DNA from: an uncultured Chlorobiaceae bacterium
Lineage (GTDB): Bacteria > Bacteroidota > Chlorobiia > Chlorobiales > Chlorobiaceae
NCBI GenBank assembly: GCA_903824295.1
Contig: CAIJWE010000072.1
Location: forward strand, 705 to 64,704
Direction of reading: 5' to 3'
DNA: 64,000 nt
Shown here: positions 20,394 through 28,396 of the stretch, in pieces
Layout of the letters: each line of letters begins with the position of its first letter
Numbering within the stretch: position 1 is the first letter of the stretch
Position numbers and translations under genes: made by a program
The notes under the pieces: generated by a model
Told to the model about the DNA's origin: nothing
Databases searched by the model: none
What the model saw: only the letters and a program-made list of their open reading frames with translations

Positions 20394-20576
20394 AACTCAC
20401 CAAATCGTAATTAAAATTATAAATACACGTTATAGTGACTTTTCGATCATTTGCATCTTAAACTTCCGCAGCATAGGCATTGCTACATCAGATTGCCGCA
20501 GAGCTTTGTTATATTTGTTCTCACGTTGTACGCCGGATTTTGATAAATGAGCATTTGCCGGGAGGCATGACACACA

Positions 20577-22046
20577 TTGTTTACCGTTGCTGAAAAAAAC
20601 CGCCTGAACGTATCAAAGCGTACCGATGCGAAAAAGAAATCGCAGTTAGGGCAATATCTTACCCCCGCAAAGACGGCATCGTTCATGGCAGGGCTCTTTC
20701 CTCGGTCAAGTGGTGAATGCCGCCTGCTGGATGCCGGAGCCGGGATAGGTTCGCTCTCAAGCGCATTTCTTGAACGATGCTCAAAGGGAGATCTGGACTT
20801 CCACTCAATCCGGTTAAAAGCCTATGAGATTGACGACGTCATTCACGAAGAACTTCGAAACTCCCTTTCACCGTACAGTGCCATACCCCGATTCTCTTAT
20901 GAAATCATCGGAGATGATTTTATTGAAGCAGCCGTAAATGCAATTCAATTCAGAGAGTATGACTTTACTCATGCCATTTTAAATCCACCATACAAGAAAA
21001 TTGGGAGTTACTCAAGAGAGCGCCTGCTTCTTCGCCAGGTTGACATCGAAACGGTCAATCTCTATTCAGCTTTTGTGGCACTCGCTATAGCCCTGGCCGC
21101 CCCGGGAGGTCAAATTGTCGCAATTATTCCGCGCAGCTTCTGCAACGGCCCCTACTATCGTCCGTTTCGTGACTTTCTGCTTCAGTATGCTGCCATCCGC
21201 CACATCCACCTCTTCGACTCTCGCAGCCAGGCCTTCCGCGATGATGCCGTCTTACAGGAGAACATTATCATTCGGCTTGAACGTGATGGCTGTGTTGGGC
21301 CGGTGAGGGTTTCAACCTCTACTGACGACACGTTCAATGACCTTGCAACCACAGAATATCCATTCGAAAGCATTCTCTGGCCTGATGATAGAGAGCGCTT
21401 TATCCACATACCAACGTCACAAGAGGACAACTCCACCAAATTCTCCCCGGCAATTTCCTTTCAGTTGAGTGATCTGGGCATACAGGTATCAACAGGGCCG
21501 GTTGTCGATTTTCGGCTGAAAGAGCATCTGCGTGCCATGCCTGAAGCCGATACCGTGCCTCTCCTCTACCCCGGCCATTTCAGTGGTATCAAAAGCCGAT
21601 GGCCTATAGCCGGTATGAAAAAACCGAATGCCATTGTGAGAAACCCTGATACCGAAAAGTGGCTCTACCAGAATGCCTTTTACTGTGTTGTTCGACGCTT
21701 TTCATCCAAGGAAGAAAAACGTCGCATCGTGGCAAGTGTGGTTGAACCCGGCACATTTGGAGACGCAGCCATGCTTGGCTTTGAGAACCACCTGAACCTC
21801 TTTCACGAAAACAAAAAAGGATTGCCGGAAGCATTGGCACGTGGGCTTGCGGTCTATCTCAACACCAGCGCGGTCGATGAGCATTTTCGAAGCTTTAACG
21901 GCCACACACAGGTCAATGCCACAGACCTCCGGCAAATCAGGTATCCAAGCCGTGATGCCCTGACAGCACTCGGGAAATGGGTCATGCGGCAGGATGAGCT
22001 TGAAGAATCAGAAATTGAAGCCAGGATAAAAGCCATGACCGCATGA
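20577..22046 (+). CDS. N6-adenine DNA methyltransferase (Eco57I/PstI-type, gamma class)
   Basis: 'LGQYLTPAKTASFM', motif I 'LLDAGAGIGSLS', motif IV 'ILNPPYKKIG'. TTG start. The stop overlaps the start of the next gene (ATGA 22043-22046). Confidence 0.85.
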   Translation: MFTVAEKNRLNVSKRTDAKKKSQLGQYLTPAKTASFMAGLFPRSSGECRLLDAGAGIGSLSSAFLERCSKGDLDFHSIRLKAYEIDDVIHEELRNSLSPYSAIPRFSYEIIGDDFIEAAVNAIQFREYDFTHAILNPPYKKIGSYSRERLLLRQVDIETVNLYSAFVALAIALAAPGGQIVAIIPRSFCNGPYYRPFRDFLLQYAAIRHIHLFDSRSQAFRDDAVLQENIIIRLERDGCVGPVRVSTSTDDTFNDLATTEYPFESILWPDDRERFIHIPTSQEDNSTKFSPAISFQLSDLGIQVSTGPVVDFRLKEHLRAMPEADTVPLLYPGHFSGIKSRWPIAGMKKPNAIVRNPDTEKWLYQNAFYCVVRRFSSKEEKRRIVASVVEPGTFGDAAMLGFENHLNLFHENKKGLPEALARGLAVYLNTSAVDEHFRSFNGHTQVNATDLRQIRYPSRDALTALGKWVMRQDELEESEIEARIKAMTA

Positions 22047-23026
22047 AACGAAAAAAACAATATATCAAGGAGGCTCTTCAGGTTATCGCTTCACTTGGCT
22101 TGCCACGAGAACAGCATAACGAACGTTCTGCTCTTTGCCTTCTGGCTCTTCTTGGAATGACTCCAGGCAAGGAGTGGAGTGATGCTGAAAACCCGCTTAT
22201 GGGTATTACGCCTGTCATGGATTGGGTTCGTGAACACTATCGCAAGGAGTATGCCCCAAACACACGCGAAACATTCCGGCGGCAGACAATGCACCAGTTC
22301 TGCGACGCAGGTATCACGCGGTATAACCCCGACAAACCTGATCGTGCAGTTAACAGCCCCAAAGCGGTCTATCAAATCGAGTCCTCCACTCTGGCGCTGC
22401 TCCGCACCTTTGCCTCCAACACCTGGCATGAAGCACTGACAGCCTACCTCTCAGAAAGGGAGACGCTTATCGCCCGTTATGCAAACGAGCGTGAGCAGAA
22501 CCGCATTCCGGTTGAAATTGCTCCGGGAAAAAAAGTCACCCTGAGCCCCGGTGAGCACAGCCAACTGATCAAGTCCATTATCGAGAATTTTGCCTCTCGA
22601 TTTGCTCCCGGAAGTGTGCTGGTCTATGCTGGTGACACCGGTGACAAATGGAGTTATTTCGACGCTCCCCTGCTGTCAAGGTTGGGTGTAGATGTGGATG
22701 CTCATGGAAAGATGCCCGATGTCGTTCTGCATTACGCCGAAAAGAACTGGTTGTTGCTTGTTGAAGCAGTAACAAGTCACGGGCCCGTCAATGGAAAGCG
22801 GCACGACGAGCTTGCAAAGCTCTTCGAAGGGTCAAGCGCTGGACTGGTTTATGTGACAGCCTTTCCTGACCGGGCACTCATGAGTCGTTATCTTGGGGAT
22901 ATTGCATGGGAAACCGAGGTCTGGGTTGCTGACTCCCCCTCTCATCTCATACATTTCAATGGGCATCGCTTTCTTGGGCCGTATAGTGAGCCTGTTGATG
23001 TCAAGAAGATTGAACCTTTAGACTGA
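22043..23026 (+). CDS. BsuBI/PstI-family type II restriction endonuclease
   Basis: 327 aa (R.PstI is ~326 aa). 'PDVVLHYAEKNWLLLVEAVTSHGPVNGKRHDEL' matches the BsuBI/PstI catalytic region as I remember it. Coupled to the methyltransferase. Confidence 0.8.
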   Translation: MKRKKQYIKEALQVIASLGLPREQHNERSALCLLALLGMTPGKEWSDAENPLMGITPVMDWVREHYRKEYAPNTRETFRRQTMHQFCDAGITRYNPDKPDRAVNSPKAVYQIESSTLALLRTFASNTWHEALTAYLSERETLIARYANEREQNRIPVEIAPGKKVTLSPGEHSQLIKSIIENFASRFAPGSVLVYAGDTGDKWSYFDAPLLSRLGVDVDAHGKMPDVVLHYAEKNWLLLVEAVTSHGPVNGKRHDELAKLFEGSSAGLVYVTAFPDRALMSRYLGDIAWETEVWVADSPSHLIHFNGHRFLGPYSEPVDVKKIEPLD

Positions 23027-23036
23027 TTTTTGGCCA

Positions 23037-23369
23037 ATGTGGAACATGAACGACATTGTGCGTATCGCCTGCAAAGAGGGGTATGTTTACCATATCATCT
23101 TTGATAACGGCATCAGTGGCGACGTTGATTTTTCCGAATATCTTTCAAAGGGCCCTGTTTTTGAGCCGTTGAGAGAGTTAGCTTTTTTCCGGAAAGCATC
23201 AATTGAGGGTGGAACCATATCATGGCCAAATGGTGCAGACATTGCGCCCGAAACGCTCTACGACAAAATCCTGCAAGCTCAAAGCGATATCAATCCCGAG
23301 TGCCTTCATTCACAACCTGCAGATCATTTTCGAGAAGAAGTACAATCTCCCCTTTCGCTTCAGGGATAA
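23037..23369 (+). CDS. DUF2442 domain protein
   Basis: 'YHIIFDNGISGDVDFSEYL..GPVFEPLR...FFRKASIEGGTISWPNGADIAPETLY' is the DUF2442 pattern. Confidence 0.7.
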   Translation: MWNMNDIVRIACKEGYVYHIIFDNGISGDVDFSEYLSKGPVFEPLRELAFFRKASIEGGTISWPNGADIAPETLYDKILQAQSDINPECLHSQPADHFREEVQSPLSLQG

Positions 23370-23384
23370 AACGGGTGGCGAATT

Positions 23385-26120
23385 TCACTGCCTCTTATTT
23401 TTTTCTTTGAGGAGCATCTTTTGAAGATGCTCAACAACCGCCTGAGCATCACTATACTCTCCGGTGCTGCGGGCACGCTCACGCGATGCAAGCCCTCGGG
23501 CAATGAACTCCGATGTGTCTGCAAGAATGGTACGAATAGCTTCGGTCAGTTTATCGGAGGTATCTTGTTCTGACTCAGTCAAGTCAAGCAGAAATGCGGT
23601 GGCTTCGGGATTGATACGGCCATAGGTCAGAGTTTCTGCAAAATGACCTTCCTGAAGGGCGCGGAAGAGTGCACGGGCAAAAAAGAACTCAAGAAAGCTT
23701 CGGTGCGAAAAGCGGTAATAGCCGTCAGTACTCCGCACAAGGAAAGAGGCTGTACGCAGTTCAAGGTCAACCCGCTCACTGTCGAGGCTGCGGGCAAGTC
23801 CACCTTCATGATGCAGCAGCACGGCGAGATCGGTGTAGTGAATCTGGTTGCGTGGCCTGCTCCAAAGCTCACAGGCCATGCGCTCAAGCAGGTCGCGCAT
23901 GTGATCGACATTTACCTCCCCTTGGCTCAGAAGAATGGCGTTCAACCAGCGGGTAGTGTAGGTCAGGTAGAGTGACCCGGTGGTCACTTTCTCTCCCTGT
24001 TTTATCAGATCGGGAAGAGAAGCTACAATCATATCAAGCAACTGGGGTGTTGAAGCGATATCCTGAAAGCCATATCTCTCTTCGATAAACTGCCGCGCCT
24101 GATCACCCTCAACAATGCCGAGGCGCTTTTGCAAGTACTCGGCAATCTGCTCATTTGTGAAGACGGGCAAAGTATCGAGCGTAGCATCGAAAGCACGTGC
24201 AGCCTTGCCCAGAGCTGAATCTGCTTCGAAGAGCTTGTCACTACCCTCAACTGCTTGCCGAGCACTGCTGTTGTCGCGGAAGAAGTGGCTGCGAGAGGTG
24301 ATGAGTACCCGGTTGGCACGTGGGTTACGACCGGAATTTGCTGTTGGACGCACCAGTTGGCGGAACTGCTCTTCAACACTGCGTCCGGCCTGAGCTACGC
24401 CCATTTCATCAAAACTGTCGAGCAGGAGTACCAAGCGCCCGGCTTCAAGCAAGTGCAGCACGATCTCTGGATTGAGCACGGTGCGCAGTTCGGTTTCGAG
24501 ATGCTCGCGAATCAGGCTTTCAATCGAAATGGCATTGGGAAACTGGCGCAGATTGATTTCGACCGGAATCGGGCTTTCGGGATTATTTTCGCAGTTACGG
24601 GCAAGTTCGTAGGCAAGACGCTCAACCAGCGTGCTTTTACCGGTACCATAATCGCCGAGCACCAGCCACAATCGACTTCCCGCTCCTGAAACCCACTGGA
24701 GCGCATGAGGCAACATCGGCACCGGTTTTTCGTCGGGCTGCTTTTCAAGAATCAGATATTGATCGACATAGTTACCTGCAAGTGCACTTGCTTCGTAGCG
24801 CTGACGGATGCGGGCAAGGTAGGGTGAAAAATCGAAGAGACTGCGCTCAAGTTCATCGTAGGTGAGGGCCAATATCCCTGCATTTTTTGAGGTTTTGCGG
24901 GCTGCGGGGGTGAAATCGTGTGAAGCAATAATCATACCTTTTGCCTGCATTACTCTGGCATCAGGGTCATCAAGCCAGGTTCTGAATTTCGTAACAGTTC
25001 CCTCTGGAGTGACGGCCTGATGATCCTTACACTCTACAAGATAAACCTCCTCTCTTCCGAAATCGCTTCTTTTCCGGGCAACCAGGTCTATCCTGTGCGA
25101 ATCGATCAACTGTTCCCGTTCAACGGTATAACCAAGCAGACGCAGAAGGTGGGCAACTCGCTCTTCGAATCTTTTACCTTGTGCATTGCTCTCCTTGTTA
25201 CGGCGGGTTATCAGGTCGGGACGGGTATCGTCGCTACGACGGGCCGTCTCGCTCTCAGCGATAACCTGCTGGCGCACTTTGTCGATTCGGCGTTCCAGAT
25301 CGTTATAGGCTTTGGCTACCGGAGTTTCCGGGCGTGTTGCTGCGTAAAGTTCTTCGGTGAAGAGCATACGCTGATCAAAAGGGATGGTGTCCAGCTCAGA
25401 GTGTGTCAGACCAAAGGACTCTTTCCAAATCTCTTGGCCTTGGGCACGCAAATCTGAAATATCCGGAATCGGTGAAGCAACCAGCAAGCGGGTAAGGGGC
25501 GGCAGCGTACCCCGTGCGGCAATTCGCCCCTCGCAGGCTGATTGGAGGGCTTGCCAGACGTGGGCAAGTCCTTTGGTATTTTGCCTGCCGTAGTTGCCGA
25601 CAAGAACGGTGGCGTGTGGCAGCAGGGCGGCAAGCAGACCGCCAATGTCGGTGATACCAGTACGAGAGTCGAGCAACACTGTTTCGAAACCTGCTTTACC
25701 GAAGGCATCAAGGATACCGCGAAAAAGCCCAAGACCGCTGTCGAGATCACGAACCAGAAAATCGTCCCAACGGATGCTCTGGAAAAGCCCGGCAAAATCT
25801 TTGTTATCGCCATAGGCGGGCAAGATGAAGAGGCGATCCTGTTCCGGCGTCTGGCAAGCGAGTTTGACAAGTTTGCCGAAATCAGCTTTGTTCGATGCTT
25901 TTCCAGACTCCTGCCATGCAATCATCCATTCAAAAAAACCCTCTTTGACCGGTTTTGATGGTGTCAACCCCGGGATATTGTGCAACCCAGGCGCTTCGAT
26001 ATCAAGATCCCACAGCAGCGTCTTGCCGCGCCGGGCGCAAAGAACACCGATATTGGCGGCAAGCAGGCTGCGCCCGACTCCGCCCTTGAAGCTGTAGAAG
26101 GTTACGATGAAGGGAGTCAT
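23385..26120 (-). CDS. Fusion protein: ParA/MinD-like ATPase (variant KGGVGR P-loop) + Mrr-like restriction endonuclease + NACHT/STAND NTPase
   Basis: aa 1-290: 'FYSFKGGVGRS', 'LWDLD', 'VLLDSRTG'. aa ~315-430: 'GKRFEERVAHLLRLLGYTV..RIDLVA..VYLVECKD' (PD-(D/E)xK). aa ~480-870: Walker A 'GDYGTGKST' (nt ~24634-24657), Walker B 'LVLLLDSFDEM', 'RVLITSRSHFF', and a winged helix 'YRFSHRSFLEFFFA'. Confidence 0.8.
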   Translation of the reverse strand: MTPFIVTFYSFKGGVGRSLLAANIGVLCARRGKTLLWDLDIEAPGLHNIPGLTPSKPVKEGFFEWMIAWQESGKASNKADFGKLVKLACQTPEQDRLFILPAYGDNKDFAGLFQSIRWDDFLVRDLDSGLGLFRGILDAFGKAGFETVLLDSRTGITDIGGLLAALLPHATVLVGNYGRQNTKGLAHVWQALQSACEGRIAARGTLPPLTRLLVASPIPDISDLRAQGQEIWKESFGLTHSELDTIPFDQRMLFTEELYAATRPETPVAKAYNDLERRIDKVRQQVIAESETARRSDDTRPDLITRRNKESNAQGKRFEERVAHLLRLLGYTVEREQLIDSHRIDLVARKRSDFGREEVYLVECKDHQAVTPEGTVTKFRTWLDDPDARVMQAKGMIIASHDFTPAARKTSKNAGILALTYDELERSLFDFSPYLARIRQRYEASALAGNYVDQYLILEKQPDEKPVPMLPHALQWVSGAGSRLWLVLGDYGTGKSTLVERLAYELARNCENNPESPIPVEINLRQFPNAISIESLIREHLETELRTVLNPEIVLHLLEAGRLVLLLDSFDEMGVAQAGRSVEEQFRQLVRPTANSGRNPRANRVLITSRSHFFRDNSSARQAVEGSDKLFEADSALGKAARAFDATLDTLPVFTNEQIAEYLQKRLGIVEGDQARQFIEERYGFQDIASTPQLLDMIVASLPDLIKQGEKVTTGSLYLTYTTRWLNAILLSQGEVNVDHMRDLLERMACELWSRPRNQIHYTDLAVLLHHEGGLARSLDSERVDLELRTASFLVRSTDGYYRFSHRSFLEFFFARALFRALQEGHFAETLTYGRINPEATAFLLDLTESEQDTSDKLTEAIRTILADTSEFIARGLASRERARSTGEYSDAQAVVEHLQKMLLKEKNKRQ

Positions 26121-26779
26121 GCGGCATCGTTCATGTTTCGAATTTTCAAGTGCGATTGAATCGTGGCGTCTGTTGAGAATAACCCTCGAAAACCTGTCAC
26201 GGGTGCAGCCGTCTTTGGCGCTGCGCTTGTAGCGTGCTTCCTCCCGTTCTCAGTGAGTTGCAAAAGAATATCACGGCCATGTTTCCGCTTGGTTACCAAG
26301 CCGCTTGATTCGAGATTCCCGATAAGCTGAGTGACTCGCCCCGCACTGACTCCAAGTTTTTTAATAAGATCCAGTTGGGGGAGTTCACGATTTCCTGTTT
26401 CGAGAAGCAATTGCAGGATTTCCGGAACATGACGGCGTTTCAGTTGTGTCTCAGGATCGGCATGGGCAAGATTGAGTCGCCTCGCTTCGAGCATATCACT
26501 CGCCTCCTGCCATCGGTATATGAACTCTTCAGGAAGCGATGCTGGCGAATTTGCACCGTTAAGAGTTCGATGAATAAGACGTTGCATTTCAGATATACCT
26601 TCGCGATCGTTGAGTCGAGCAATTGCATCCATTGACCAGACGGTAATCAACAGATTGGCCATATCCAGAGCCTGTTCATCCCATTTTTCAAGTGTCCGAA
26701 TGGCTTCAAAGAGTTCGGATGGTGTAGAGCGATCGACAAACAGTATAGGATCGCTGGCATGAAGATCGAGTGTGCTCAT
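26117..26779 (-). CDS. Winged-helix (MarR-like) DNA-binding protein, N-terminal domain unknown
   Basis: The C-terminus 'LDLIKKLGVSAGRVTQLIGNLESSGLVTKRKHGRDILLQLTENG' is wHTH-like. The stop overlaps the start of the 911-aa gene (ATGA). Confidence 0.6.
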   Translation of the reverse strand: MSTLDLHASDPILFVDRSTPSELFEAIRTLEKWDEQALDMANLLITVWSMDAIARLNDREGISEMQRLIHRTLNGANSPASLPEEFIYRWQEASDMLEARRLNLAHADPETQLKRRHVPEILQLLLETGNRELPQLDLIKKLGVSAGRVTQLIGNLESSGLVTKRKHGRDILLQLTENGRKHATSAAPKTAAPVTGFRGLFSTDATIQSHLKIRNMNDAA

Positions 26780-26863
26780 GAGAGTATTTCTAAATTATCC
26801 TAAACCTTTTTAGTTAGAATTAATTTAACATTATTTAGCTATTAAAAAATTCCTGCCTGCATA

Positions 26864-28150
26864 TCAACTCAAGTCAACCAGCGTAAAATAGTCGAATTCA
26901 TCCCTGGTTACAGAGACGATAACCAGATCTTCTTTACACTCAACAAATTTCTGGTGCTGCACAAACCCGCGCACTGGAGTTGAACCAGCAGGCATTTCCT
27001 GATTGGCGACAGCCACAATTGTTCCGAGCGTATCGTGCATTGTTTTTGCTGTCGCCTTATGTGGATTAAGTTTATCGGTCATGCTCGGAACAAGCAGCCA
27101 GTCAAGCGGCAGAGAAGCCAACACCATGGCAGGTTCGCCTTCAAAAAAATCTTTGCAGATCGCCATGGCCATCAGTCCGAGTGATGTAAACAAGCAGGTA
27201 AAATGATTCGGAGCACATTCTATACCCTCCTTTCGCTTGTTAAAGGTAACCGATTTGCGCTTATCGCAGCCAAACAGGAGTGTGCCGTCCAGCCCAAGCA
27301 TAGCCTCAGCATGATTTCGCCACCCTTTTTCGACCTGCTCATGGAAGCTTCCGAGAACAATGAGAGGAACCGAGAGGGAATGCTTTTCACCATTTTTTCT
27401 GTGCAATTGCTGAAACTCTGAAACGATTCGGGATCTGATATCGGGAGTGATTGTAAGCTCTGGCATCACAAGGATGTGAGCGTTTCGTTTTTTTTCTTCA
27501 CTGATATGGTGCAGCGCCGATGCAAAACGCGTTTCAGTGTCACTGATCTCTTTGCAGATGAAGTGCGAGGGCTTCTTGTCAGAAACATTCGGCCTCACTC
27601 CGTCATCAAAATGAACGACGGCAATTCTGATCGTTGTTGCAGAAAAATGATTTGCAAGCCAATCATGGTAGCCCCTCGGTATTCCAACCACATTGACAGG
27701 AATCTTTTGAGGGTTATTGTGCGGTACCACTCTGTAATGCTTCAACCAATAGGCAATATTGCCAAATTGCAAGCGCTTTCCACCCCCGCACGATTCAGAT
27801 TTTTGATAAATTGGCAGCATCCAGACCTGATCTTCACCATCATCAATACGTAAATTCCGTAAATAACCATACGATTTCGGGTTAATACGAACGCAAAAAT
27901 CGTCAAGAGCCCTAAGCCAAAGCAACGGATCATTGTTGACCTCTTCGGACGTAATCGTTGATTCTTTATTGTCGATGCTTTCGATGCGATCTATGGCATC
28001 CATGAGCATCAATTCATCCTTTTCATGCTGGTTTTCCCAATCGTCAAGAACCCGGCGACCATCAATAGTTGGCGAACCCGCAAGTCGGCACAGACGGGCA
28101 AGAGCCTGGCGGTAACTTTTGGCATTGATAAATTCAGCTACCTTTTCCAT
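26864..28150 (-). CDS. Two-domain protein: unknown N-terminal domain + nitrilase-superfamily (CN-hydrolase)-like domain
   Basis: aa ~173-428 follow the CN-hydrolase layout: 'IRIAVVHFD', 'AHILVMPE(231)L', 'LFGCDK(297)RK', 'GLMAMAIC(332)KDFFE', 'DWLLVPS'. I recognise no motif in aa 1-170. Confidence 0.6.
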   Translation of the reverse strand: MEKVAEFINAKSYRQALARLCRLAGSPTIDGRRVLDDWENQHEKDELMLMDAIDRIESIDNKESTITSEEVNNDPLLWLRALDDFCVRINPKSYGYLRNLRIDDGEDQVWMLPIYQKSESCGGGKRLQFGNIAYWLKHYRVVPHNNPQKIPVNVVGIPRGYHDWLANHFSATTIRIAVVHFDDGVRPNVSDKKPSHFICKEISDTETRFASALHHISEEKKRNAHILVMPELTITPDIRSRIVSEFQQLHRKNGEKHSLSVPLIVLGSFHEQVEKGWRNHAEAMLGLDGTLLFGCDKRKSVTFNKRKEGIECAPNHFTCLFTSLGLMAMAICKDFFEGEPAMVLASLPLDWLLVPSMTDKLNPHKATAKTMHDTLGTIVAVANQEMPAGSTPVRGFVQHQKFVECKEDLVIVSVTRDEFDYFTLVDLS

Positions 28151-28396
28151 ACTTGAGCTTCACCTGTTGTTCTGGCAGAGCCGGAAAATAGTAACGTCAT
28201 TCCGGCGTTGATTGCACAACCAATCCAGATGATTGCGACAGAAGAGTATCTGCTCAGGTTACAAAGTTTTTTCTTGCTTAACAACCATCATTTTCACTCG
28301 CAAATCATTTTCTGCACATCGATAAGGTTTCTATATTAATCCGGAATCGTTCCTGATGACCACCCTAAACAAGCATAACAATCTGTCAATAATAGT

